A DNA stretch of 64,000 bases, taken from the IMG/VR virus record IMGVR_UViG_3300025530_000010, positions 7,781 to 71,780 of that record. One strand, given 5' to 3'. This DNA comes from a virus (lineage: Duplodnaviria > Caudoviricetes). The notes under the pieces were generated by a model. That model made no database searches. It worked only from the letters and a program-made list of their open reading frames with translations, and had not been told where the DNA came from. The stretch's first letter is position 1. Each line of letters starts with the position of its first letter. Shown here piece after piece: positions 51,074-59,407 of the stretch. A program made the position numbers and the translations under genes.

Positions 51074-53382
51074 TCATCCTCCTCGCCGGAGTCCTCGCGA
51101 TCATCCTCGTCGTCGTCCGAGTTGTCTTCGGCGACTTTGCGATTGGCGGTCCAGCGCCCGGCCGGATCGCGCTTGGCCCAGTCCTTGGGGGCCTTCTTCA
51201 TCGTGGGGGTGCCGGGATCCTGGCCGTCCTCGGGTTCGGTGCCGCCCGGCTGGGTGATGTCGTGCAGGGCGGCCTCGCGGGCGGTGTAGGCCTCGGCGAC
51301 GAATCTGGCGAAGTCATCGCCAGTACCGGTCCTGCCGGAACCGGGGGCTGCCTTGGACGCGACGATCACGTTCTCGCGCACCGGGATCTCCCGCACCAGG
51401 TAGCGCGATGCGCTTGCCTCGTGACGGTCGCCGCCGGTACCGATGACGTAGCTGTTCCACTGCTTGCCGCAGGCGCAGCGGTGGAAGCCGCTCGGGGCAC
51501 TGAATTCATGACCGCAGGAGCAGGCGAATTTCTTTGGGGCACTAGCGACATGCGCCATCAGGTAGTCGTCCCACTCCCAGCCGTCGACGGTGTGGCCGGA
51601 GTTGTCGACAGCGGCGGTCCTGATGGCCGCCTCGTGCTCCTGGGTGGTGGTCGGGTTGAGGTGCTTCTTGAGCTTCTGCAGGGCCCGGGGGCCGACCTTG
51701 ACCTCCTCGACGAACTGGTCGATGTCGGCCTCGGTGCCGGTGGGCAGGCTGCCGCGCTGCGGCTGCTTGCGCTGCCACTGGTCGAACTTGGTCAACACAT
51801 CGCCCTTGCGTTGTTTCTTGCCCTTACCGGCGGCCGTGCGGGTCGGGGGGACGGGATCCGGCAGGGTCTCGGCGTAGGCGATCGCGTCGGTGTAGTTCTC
51901 GAACGGGCCGTAACGAATATCGCTGGGGAACTTGCCGGGCCGAAGAATGTAGCCCCCATTTACGGCGCTGGTGACGTCCCAGGTGCCGTTGGTGATGAGG
52001 TGGTAGTCGAGATCCAGGTTCTGCCGCCAGCCCGGGGCAACCTCATCCCAGGGGTCGTGGCGGCGCCGACCAGGACCGTACTCCCAGATGTCGTCGTACC
52101 CGTAGGGGTCTTCGTGGGGAGTCATGAACCGCATGCCGTCAGCGGTCTTGTGGCGGCTGGCCATCATCATCTGCGGCGGCACCCCACCCATCGCGGCCGG
52201 ATCCATCGGCGGCATCCCGCCACCCATCGCGGCCGGATCCATCGGCAGCCCACCGGCCGGGGCGCCGCCCTGGGCGCCGGTGCCCTCCGGCATGACGTTG
52301 ATCTGGCCGCCCGGCATGACACTGAAGGGGGCGTTGGCCTGCTGCTCGGCGAGGGCCTGCTGAACGATCACCAGGGCCTGCTGCAGCGGCGCGATGCTTT
52401 CCTGAAACTCCTCGGCCTTCTGATTGAGCAGACCAGTCAGGGCGTCGTTGGCCTTCTGCAGGTAGTCCGGCGCGGCGGTGATCAGCCGCCGGTCGAACGC
52501 ACCGGCCTTGGCCAGGCGCTGCATGGTCCCGGCGACCTTGAAGTAGGTGTCGGTCGGCAACTTGGCCGCGAAGCGGTCGAGGGCGTCGAGGGTCGGCGCG
52601 ACCCGGGCCTTGCGGCACCAGGCCAAGAACTGGCGGGTCACCGCCGAGGCCTTGAGGTTTCGCTGCACAAGCCCCCAGAAGGCTTCCGGCGAAACCGCTT
52701 GATCGAGGTACTGGGCAGCACGGTCGGGACCGGGGTAGTCACCGAGGGGGTAGGGTCCGACGTGCTCACCGAGCGCCTTGACGATGCCGTCGATATCGAA
52801 ATCGGAGGCCTGATCCCCAAGTGCCTCAAGGACATAGCGCTGCAGGTCACGGTCGGTGATGATGCCGTTGGCTCGCTTGGTCCGACCACCCTTCTTGGCG
52901 AAGTCGGTGTCGTCCGGGTCCTTGGTGTGCTCGGTGCCCTCGCCGGTGAACAGGTGGTCGACCTTACTCTCGGCGTCCTGGTCGACGCGGTCGAGGTAGC
53001 CCTTGAAGTCGCCCTCTGGCTTCAGCGGCCCGTCACTCGAGACGAAGGTCGACTCGACCTCGACGATCTCGACCTTCTTGTCGCCGTTCTCGGCGATCTT
53101 GGTGGTAGCCCGCCAGTCACGCTCGAGTTGGGCGCAGATGCGCCGCATGATGCCCTTGCGCGGCGGGACGCCGTTGCGGACGACGATGTCGCGGATGTCC
53201 CGCTTGGCCAGTGCCACACGGTTGCGAAACTCGGAGACCGACTTGGCCCCCCGCAGGAAGGGGCCGACCTGCTGGTCGACGTCGTAGATCGCTGCGGCCA
53301 GTTTATCGGCGGCGATCCGCTGCTGGCGCTGCCGTTCGGTCTCACCCGCCGCCGCCACCTCGAAAATGCCGATGTCGCTCAC
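51070..53382 (-). CDS. 770-aa modular head-region protein with Zn ribbon
   Basis: GAGGAG SD; modules separated by KIA/KRA/KTA/RTAA; CSCG...CACG ribbon. Confidence 0.8.
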   Translation of the reverse strand: MSDIGIFEVAAAGETERQRQQRIAADKLAAAIYDVDQQVGPFLRGAKSVSEFRNRVALAKRDIRDIVVRNGVPPRKGIMRRICAQLERDWRATTKIAENGDKKVEIVEVESTFVSSDGPLKPEGDFKGYLDRVDQDAESKVDHLFTGEGTEHTKDPDDTDFAKKGGRTKRANGIITDRDLQRYVLEALGDQASDFDIDGIVKALGEHVGPYPLGDYPGPDRAAQYLDQAVSPEAFWGLVQRNLKASAVTRQFLAWCRKARVAPTLDALDRFAAKLPTDTYFKVAGTMQRLAKAGAFDRRLITAAPDYLQKANDALTGLLNQKAEEFQESIAPLQQALVIVQQALAEQQANAPFSVMPGGQINVMPEGTGAQGGAPAGGLPMDPAAMGGGMPPMDPAAMGGVPPQMMMASRHKTADGMRFMTPHEDPYGYDDIWEYGPGRRRHDPWDEVAPGWRQNLDLDYHLITNGTWDVTSAVNGGYILRPGKFPSDIRYGPFENYTDAIAYAETLPDPVPPTRTAAGKGKKQRKGDVLTKFDQWQRKQPQRGSLPTGTEADIDQFVEEVKVGPRALQKLKKHLNPTTTQEHEAAIRTAAVDNSGHTVDGWEWDDYLMAHVASAPKKFACSCGHEFSAPSGFHRCACGKQWNSYVIGTGGDRHEASASRYLVREIPVRENVIVASKAAPGSGRTGTGDDFARFVAEAYTAREAALHDITQPGGTEPEDGQDPGTPTMKKAPKDWAKRDPAGRWTANRKVAEDNSDDDEDDREDSGEEDE

Positions 53383-53545
53383 CAGGCGCTCCTCGTGTAG
53401 GTCGTTCCTCTACGATTTCTCGGCCCAAAGCGGCGGGATGACAGACCCGGCCTGGGCCGGGGAGTCCCCATCTGGCAGCAGGGACACTCGCGGATCGCCA
53501 GAGTCGGGCAGCGGTAGTAGGCGCCGCAACGGTCGCAAAACAGAC

Positions 53546-53848
53546 TCAGGATGCTGCCCGGCGCATTCGGCGCCGGGTCGTCGGGGTTGCTCCGGTACAC
53601 AGGGACCTCACCAGTTCTTCGGGATCAGGGGCGGGAGTCGCCGGACGTTCCGGGCGGGCCTGCACCTGCAGTGCCCGGATGGCCTCGTCGAGCTGTTCGG
53701 CCGTGACCCGGAAGGTCCGCCCGACCTTGATGGCCGGAATGGTGCCGTCCTGAATGCGGCGCAGAACCCAGCGCTCGGGCGCCCGAAGGCTGTCGCCGCA
53801 GAGAATGGCCGCGACCTCGGAGATGCTGTAGGTCCGACGGCCGGTCAC
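53546..53848 (-). CDS. excisionase-like HTH protein
   Basis: TYSISEVAAIL...IQDGTIPAIKVGRTFRVTAEQL (MerR/HTH_17 type); GTGA overlap with the cro-like gene. Confidence 0.8.
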   Translation of the reverse strand: MTGRRTYSISEVAAILCGDSLRAPERWVLRRIQDGTIPAIKVGRTFRVTAEQLDEAIRALQVQARPERPATPAPDPEELVRSLCTGATPTTRRRMRRAAS

Positions 53849-54126
53849 GACACGGCCGCCGGATCGTTCTTCAGGTCGTCGCGCGGATCGGCGACGAGCT
53901 GCGCCACCAGCTGGGAGACGGGGACGTCGAAAACGCGCGACAGGGCGGCCAGCATGCGGATGGAGACGAGGCCGCCCCAGTCGCCGTCGAAGGCGCGGTA
54001 GACGGTGGTCTCTCCAATGCCCGGGAGGCGCCTGGCAAGCGAGGCCCGGTCGCGGATGCCGTGGGCGGACATGAACTTGGCCGTCGCCTCCTGCTTCCAC
54101 CGAAGCACCTGAACAAGATCACTCAC
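53845..54126 (-). CDS. Cro-like XRE HTH protein
   Basis: RASLARRLPGIGETTVYR HTH; divergent from the repressor. Confidence 0.75.
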   Translation of the reverse strand: MSDLVQVLRWKQEATAKFMSAHGIRDRASLARRLPGIGETTVYRAFDGDWGGLVSIRMLAALSRVFDVPVSQLVAQLVADPRDDLKNDPAAVS

Positions 54127-54256
54127 ATCATCAGAGGATAGCGGCTGGCTTCCATTTTTGGCACTCAGACACCCGAATCGGAACGCCGGTTTCAGTTATG
54201 GCACCCGCCCCTGGAAGTCTTTTGCGTTTTCAATATTGACATTTATGCAGGTCATC

Positions 54257-54302
54257 GGTTGCATCTCATTGGTTGCATCATTTTCAAAACTGGCAGTACA
54301 TT
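54257..54302 (+). promoter_or_regulatory. repressor promoter with direct-repeat operator candidates
   Basis: GGTTGCATC at 54257 and 54271; TTGCAT(54273)-N18-TACATT(54297); ATG 6 nt after the -10. Confidence 0.65.
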
Positions 54303-54308
54303 GGTGCC

Positions 54309-54674
54309 ATGCCCAGACAGACCAGACAGGGGCGAAGCCTCAAGCGAGTGTTGGAGTGGGTCCTCAACCGAGACGTGCTCGACATCGAGATCGCCGCTGC
54401 ACTCGGCAAGCCTGCGGCCACCTTCTCAAGACGGCACCGGGCCCCGGACTTCCCGACCTGGGAGGAGCTCGAGCAGATCGGCGAGCACTTCGCCATCAAT
54501 CCGCGCTGGTTGCAGGTCGAATTCGGCTTCCTGGAGGTCGCCGAGGTGGACGAGCATGGGCGTCTGCGCATGCAGCCCCCCATCACCCCCGTCAAGAAAG
54601 AGATTGGTCAGGCAGGGATCGCGGGCCTCCCTGTTCGCGATGATCGCCCGCCATTGGCTGCACCGCCCTGCTAA
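54309..54674 (+). CDS. immunity repressor-like HTH protein
   Basis: DIEIAAALGKPAATFSRR HTH plus DFPTWEELEQIGEHF...LQVEFG, resembling mycobacterial prophage repressors; leaderless start. Confidence 0.75.
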   Translation: MPRQTRQGRSLKRVLEWVLNRDVLDIEIAAALGKPAATFSRRHRAPDFPTWEELEQIGEHFAINPRWLQVEFGFLEVAEVDEHGRLRMQPPITPVKKEIGQAGIAGLPVRDDRPPLAAPPC

Positions 54675-55395
54675 GCAGCGACATGAATCCCGGCAGGTGC
54701 ACCAGGCATAGCAGTGATGTCGTGGCCAGTTTCATACCAAAAATCACGCTCTGGTGCACCGACACCGGCACCAGCCCCGGCACCAGCACTGTCACGCACT
54801 GCAGGGCCGAGGCCACCACACATACGACGCTGCAGATGAGGTAGGCGGCCGCGCTCACCCGGTTCCGCCCGTCCCGAATCAGAACCCGCAGTCCCTGCAT
54901 CGTGATCGTCGATAGGTGAATGAGCAGCAGCGCGAACAGCAGCCAGTAGGTCTGCAGCCACCTGTCCGGATCGACACCGACGAGGTTTGGGGCCTGGGGC
55001 CGGGCGGCCTCACTGATCAGGAAGACCCCCACCATCGTGGGGACCACCAGGGTCATCGGCACCACGCAGTAGCGGTGCATGTTGCGCCGGAAGGCCTCGT
55101 TGTTACCGAGGCGGCCCAGGACCGCGTACATGATCCCGGACTCGCCCGCCAGACAGCACAGGTGAGCGAGCAGATCCTCGAGGTTGCCCCGCCCGAACAG
55201 GGCCGCCACGGGCTCACCGATCACTGTCGAGGCCACCGGCGCTCCGAGCAGCAGCGCCATCGACTGCATGATGATGGCGAACGCTGTCACGCCATACCAG
55301 CGTGACAGCCGCATGGCTCGCCACAGGGCACGCAGCGACATGCTCGCCAGAGCAAGTTGGCAGGCAATGGCTAACCCCATCCCCGTCCCCATCAC
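54592..55395 (-). CDS. polytopic membrane protein (about 7 TM)
   Basis: successive hydrophobic segments; between repressor and integrase. Confidence 0.8.
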   Translation of the reverse strand: MMGTGMGLAIACQLALASMSLRALWRAMRLSRWYGVTAFAIIMQSMALLLGAPVASTVIGEPVAALFGRGNLEDLLAHLCCLAGESGIMYAVLGRLGNNEAFRRNMHRYCVVPMTLVVPTMVGVFLISEAARPQAPNLVGVDPDRWLQTYWLLFALLLIHLSTITMQGLRVLIRDGRNRVSAAAYLICSVVCVVASALQCVTVLVPGLVPVSVHQSVIFGMKLATTSLLCLVHLPGFMSLLSRAVQPMAGDHREQGGPRSLPDQSLS

Positions 55396-55493
55396 CCCTC
55401 ATACATCCCCGTTTTCCGGGGGCAAACCTTCTCCCCCGGATGTAAGTGCGATTACCCTACAACACCCCTTTCATACTTGCCAGAATTGCATCA

Positions 55494-56624
55494 TCAGAGC
55501 GTGGGCAGCATCTTGCCCAGGGCATCAGCGGCGTCTTCGAACGACGAGCGGTCAAGATGGCCGTAGACATCCATCGTCGTCTTGATGCTCTGATGCCCGA
55601 GGTGCTCCTGGACCACCTTCAGCGGCTTATTTGCTGCAATCAGCCATGAGGCGCACGTGTGGCGAAGATCGTGAATGCGCGGCGGGGGCTGCAGCCCGGA
55701 GCGGACCACCGCCGGGCGCCACACCCGGGAGTGGAAGCCGTGGATGCGCACCGGCCCCCCGGCCTGATTGACGAACAGCCACTCGTGGCTGTAGTCGAGC
55801 CGGTCGAGAAGCGACTTCGCGACGTTGATCGTCCGCAAACTCCTGCCCTTGGGCTTGACCAGCCGGTAGCCGTCGGCCGGGTTGTAGGTCCAGGCCCGGC
55901 GGATGCGCACCTGGCCGGTCGCGCGGTCGATGTCGCCGGGCCGCAGCGCGGCGGCCTCGCCCCACCGGCAGCCGGAGAGGACCAGGAACTCCACCAGCGG
56001 CCGCCAGTACTCAGGGACGGCCTTCAGCAAAATCTCGACGTCCTGTGGGGTCAGGAAGATCATCTCGTCGCCAGCCTCCAGGGGGTCGCCCTGGGGGAGC
56101 TTGGAGACGGCCGCCGGGTTGGCATCGATGTAGCGCGGCACGGCCTGGTTCAGTGCCCCGCTGAGAAAGCCGTGCTTGTTGCGGATTGTCTTGGCGCTGG
56201 CCGGTCGGCGCTTGCCGGTGTGCCGGTCGAGGGCTCCGTGCTTGCGCAGCCACAGCACCCAGTTGGCGATGTCCTCCGGCCGCAGCTGCCGCAGCGGGAT
56301 GGAGCCGATGACCGGGTCGATGTCGTTGCGCACGTACCCCATGTACTTCTCGGCCGTTCCGGGGTCGGCGACCAGGTGGTCGATGTAGTGGGTCAGATAC
56401 TCGGTCAGCGTCCAGTCGCTGGCGGCCGACGACGAGCGGCCCCGGTGCACACCGAGCATCTCCAGGGCCTTGTCGCCGCCGACGGCCTCGACGAGCTTCC
56501 GGACGTCCTCGGCCGACTTGCGGTCCTCGGTCGAATACGAGGTCTGGGTGCCGTCGGCGAGAGAGAAGACGGTCGAGAAATACACCGATCCGTCTTTGCG
56601 GGAGCGCTGTCGGATGAAGGCCAT
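55494..56624 (-). CDS. int: tyrosine integrase
   Basis: GCRWGEAAALR, IHDLRHTCAS, LGHQSIKTTMDVYGH (R-H-R-H-Y). Confidence 0.96.
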   Translation of the reverse strand: MAFIRQRSRKDGSVYFSTVFSLADGTQTSYSTEDRKSAEDVRKLVEAVGGDKALEMLGVHRGRSSSAASDWTLTEYLTHYIDHLVADPGTAEKYMGYVRNDIDPVIGSIPLRQLRPEDIANWVLWLRKHGALDRHTGKRRPASAKTIRNKHGFLSGALNQAVPRYIDANPAAVSKLPQGDPLEAGDEMIFLTPQDVEILLKAVPEYWRPLVEFLVLSGCRWGEAAALRPGDIDRATGQVRIRRAWTYNPADGYRLVKPKGRSLRTINVAKSLLDRLDYSHEWLFVNQAGGPVRIHGFHSRVWRPAVVRSGLQPPPRIHDLRHTCASWLIAANKPLKVVQEHLGHQSIKTTMDVYGHLDRSSFEDAADALGKMLPTL

Positions 56625-56648
56625 GCCCGGAGCCTAGCAGCGGATCTC

Positions 56649-56850
56649 ACTGACGGGAGACTGACCGCTGCGGTCCGGGCCGGTCCTTATGCCCTCTGAC
56701 CTGGGCTTTTGTCGTGGAGCTAAGGGGAATCGAACCCCTGATTTTCAGTCTCGAAACCGCCTCTGACCTGCGAATATAGGTTTCCTATGATCCTGACCGT
56801 GACTGACGGCGACGGACGCGACCTGGGAAAACCAGACGGCTCACTGACGG
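56649..56850. repeat. integrase arm-type repeats flanking the att core
   Basis: ACTGAC(G/C)G at 56649, 56660, 56802, 56843; CTCTGACCTG at 56694 and 56761. Confidence 0.65.
56715..56741 (-). other. attP core matching a tRNA-Ala 3' end
   Basis: minus strand TCAGGGGTTCGATTCCCCTTAGCTCCA = T-arm plus acceptor strand of a GGGGCTA-type tRNA-Ala; no 5' half present. Confidence 0.85.
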
Positions 56851-56909
56851 CGTCAGTCAGGAATCAGCGGAATTGGCCTAAAAAACAGATGTTTGCTGGA
56901 GGGGTGGGG

Positions 56910-57383
56910 CTAATGCCTCGGCTTCTTGACCAGATCGGCGAACTGGTCGGCCAGGGCGTTGTGGCGCTCCTGGGCGGTCAGCAGGCCCCGCTGAATGATC
57001 GACACCGACTCGTGCAGGGACTCGATGGCGGTGCCGTGGGAGCGCACCAGGTTGGTCAGGCCGTCGACTTTGGTGCCGATGTTGCTCAGGCTGCTGATGA
57101 CGCGGTCGAGGTCCTCGCGCAGTGAGGTGGGGGCGTTGCCGTGGCCGTTGATCACCTGGCCGGAGACGAGCTCGACGGCTTCACGCACGGTGCCGATCTC
57201 GCGCCGCATCGCCTGGTGCTGGTCGCGCATTCGGCGCTCCTGCTCGGCCCGCTTGCGGTCCTCGCGCTTGGTGCGGATCTGGTCGGCGGCGATCCAGCCG
57301 ACGATGACGATGATCAGCGCCAGCAACTCGTAGCCGGTGTCGATGCCGTTGGCGTTCAGCGGCGGCTCGGCCAGGGTCGTCAC
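56910..57383 (-). CDS. lysis-cassette membrane protein (DUF2746-like)
   Basis: single TM followed by coiled coil and VINGHG..SLREDLD motif; after lysin B. Confidence 0.65.
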   Translation of the reverse strand: MTTLAEPPLNANGIDTGYELLALIIVIVGWIAADQIRTKREDRKRAEQERRMRDQHQAMRREIGTVREAVELVSGQVINGHGNAPTSLREDLDRVISSLSNIGTKVDGLTNLVRSHGTAIESLHESVSIIQRGLLTAQERHNALADQFADLVKKPRH

Positions 57384-58486
57384 AGCAACTGCCCTCCTCG
57401 GTGGTTGAGCCAGTCGACGGCCCACTGCACAGCGGTCTTGCCGCCGTACACCGCGCGGTGGGGCGCGGCGTAGTTCATGTGGTCGTTGGAGCGGGCGAAG
57501 GCGATCAGCTTTGCGACGGTGCGGATCATCTTGGCCCAGCCCTGCGGGGTGCCGCCGGTGCCCGAGCCGGGCCGGTCGGGCAGCAGACCACCGGCCAGCG
57601 GCGCCAGTGACCGGGCCAGCGGCACCAGGCTCGCCAGGGTCGCCGAGGGGTCGCTCAGCAACGCCCCGAGCAGCCCGCCGCGCACCGGCGATCGGTTTGC
57701 CAGCAGGCGGTCCGAGCTCAGGCCGGTCAGCTCGTGGACGACGGTGCGCAGGCCGGTGAAGTCCGGCGGCAGCAGCTCGACGAGTGCGTCGACGAACTCG
57801 TCGCGCCGGATGAGCTCGAGCATGGCGGTCGCCAGCGCCATCGGGTCATGTAGCTGCAGGCCCGAGCCGGGGCGGTCGTAGTCCCCGGCCAGGGCGGCGT
57901 AGCCGATCCACAGGTAGTCCTGCTCGGGGTCGGCCGTGCAGTACATGTCGTCGTCGAGAGCAAACGTGATGTAGCGGCTGGCAAGGTGCGCTGGCAAAGG
58001 TGGCCTGCGGGCGATGCCGCCGCCGGGCGGGTGGTGGCCGACGTCGACGGTGCCGGAGAATCGACAGGGGTCACCGAAGGTGATGACGGCCAGCAGGTCG
58101 CGCTCCCGGTGGGCCAGCCGCCCGCCGGGCAGGAACTCCCGGGTCAGCTCGTAGGCGACCTGGGCGCCCTTGGAGAACCCGGCGATGACGAACTGGGCGT
58201 CGAGATCGGACAGGGCCTGCACGCCGGATGCGACGCCCTCGTGGACGGTCTCGATATAGCTGGGGGCACCCAGGGGGCCCTTGACCGGGCCGAACCACTG
58301 GCCGTAGTGGTTGTCGATGCCGGAGAAGGCGTGGGGGTTGAGGCCGCGCACCAGGTCTGCCTGAAAACCGGTGTCGGGGTCGGCCCAGGTGCCCGGGCAC
58401 TTGAGGACGGCGATGCGAAACAGCGGCAGGCCGTCGAGCTTGCGACAGAAGTCCTGCATCGTCGGCGCCCAGTGCAGTGGCCTCAT
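57380..58486 (-). CDS. lysin B-like alpha/beta hydrolase (cutinase/PE-PPE type)
   Basis: CPGTW, AGFSKGA nucleophile elbow, TFGDPCR, DDMY, DHMNY. Confidence 0.8.
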   Translation of the reverse strand: MRPLHWAPTMQDFCRKLDGLPLFRIAVLKCPGTWADPDTGFQADLVRGLNPHAFSGIDNHYGQWFGPVKGPLGAPSYIETVHEGVASGVQALSDLDAQFVIAGFSKGAQVAYELTREFLPGGRLAHRERDLLAVITFGDPCRFSGTVDVGHHPPGGGIARRPPLPAHLASRYITFALDDDMYCTADPEQDYLWIGYAALAGDYDRPGSGLQLHDPMALATAMLELIRRDEFVDALVELLPPDFTGLRTVVHELTGLSSDRLLANRSPVRGGLLGALLSDPSATLASLVPLARSLAPLAGGLLPDRPGSGTGGTPQGWAKMIRTVAKLIAFARSNDHMNYAAPHRAVYGGKTAVQWAVDWLNHRGGQLL

Positions 58487-58893
58487 GGCAGCAGCACCTC
58501 CTGCTCCTCGGGCAGTGTGCTGTGCCGGGCCGGGTGGAGCCAGGCGTGGCCGCAGGCGCAGAGCCGCTCGAACGGCCAGGGGTTGTCCAGGGCGGTGATG
58601 CGCACGTCGTGGGCGCCGTGGCGGCCGCAGGCCGGGCAATCGGCCTGGGCGGCGACGACGAAGCGGCGCCAGTGCCGGTGGGAGTCGGGGGCGAACATGC
58701 GCCGGTGGCTGCCGACGACGCGCAGCAGGACGTTCTCGACCCGCTCCGGCAGCTGCAGGACGTCACCGACGTACAGGTCGTCGATGGGCTGGGCGATGTG
58801 TCTGGTGCCCGCCCAGTACATCGGCCAGCGCACACCGTTGCGGCGCAGTCCACCCGTCCGGGTCAGCGGCCCGGTCGCAACCCCGGCGATCAT
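58483..58893 (-). CDS. Zn-finger hypothetical protein
   Basis: CPACG...CACGH; ATGA couplings at both ends. Confidence 0.65.
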   Translation of the reverse strand: MIAGVATGPLTRTGGLRRNGVRWPMYWAGTRHIAQPIDDLYVGDVLQLPERVENVLLRVVGSHRRMFAPDSHRHWRRFVVAAQADCPACGRHGAHDVRITALDNPWPFERLCACGHAWLHPARHSTLPEEQEVLLP

Positions 58894-59189
58894 CTCGGCC
58901 CGCGCACCGCCTTGAAGATCTCGATGATCATGTCGGCCAGGCTCCACTCGACGCCGTCGGGGTCGACGTAGACAATCGACTGGTCCTCGGCCAGGCAGGT
59001 GACCTGGTCGAGGGTCGAGGGGGTCAGCCAGGGCTTGCCGGGTCGCGGCCCGCCGGTGCGGGCCACCGGCCGCTGGCGGCTGTCGGTGACGCGACGGTAG
59101 AGCTCGACTGGCCGGTGCGGCTCGGGCTGGCCGGTGTCGGCGTTGCGGCCGTCGAGCTTACCCAGCGCCCACTGCTCCGGGGTGGCCAT
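58890..59189 (-). CDS. hypothetical protein (99 aa)
   Basis: adjacent to the upstream stop; coupled to the downstream gene. Confidence 0.65.
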   Translation of the reverse strand: MATPEQWALGKLDGRNADTGQPEPHRPVELYRRVTDSRQRPVARTGGPRPGKPWLTPSTLDQVTCLAEDQSIVYVDPDGVEWSLADMIIEIFKAVRGPR

Positions 59190-59387
59190 CTAGTGTCCTT
59201 TCTGGTCGAGGTCGGCGACGACCTCGCCCACGGCCTGGTGGGCGTAGGCCAGGATCGTGCCGATGCGGCAGAGGTAGCGGTAGGTGCCTGCCCGGCGGGC
59301 GATCTCACGTCGGAAGGTCTCCAGTCCCTCGACCAGGTCCTCGTCGTCGAGGCCGCCCATCCAGTCCCGGTTGATCAGGCCCGCCAC
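59190..59387 (-). CDS. hypothetical protein (65 aa)
   Basis: GAGAGGAGG SD. Confidence 0.65.
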   Translation of the reverse strand: MAGLINRDWMGGLDDEDLVEGLETFRREIARRAGTYRYLCRIGTILAYAHQAVGEVVADLDQKGH

Positions 59388-59407
59388 GGGGCACCTCCTC
59401 TCCTACC

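Noticed and set aside
53383-53545. Terminase gene upstream of the portal block
   Set aside because: No terminase ATPase or nuclease motifs anywhere in the window; it must lie outside
53379-53600. 73-aa Cys-rich ORF between xis and the first head gene
   Set aside because: CxxC pairs and a GTGA overlap are suggestive, but there is no clear SD or start and it overlaps xis; unresolved
56715-56741. A phage tRNA gene
   Set aside because: Only the T-arm and acceptor 3' strand are present; no D-arm or anticodon arm, so it is an att core
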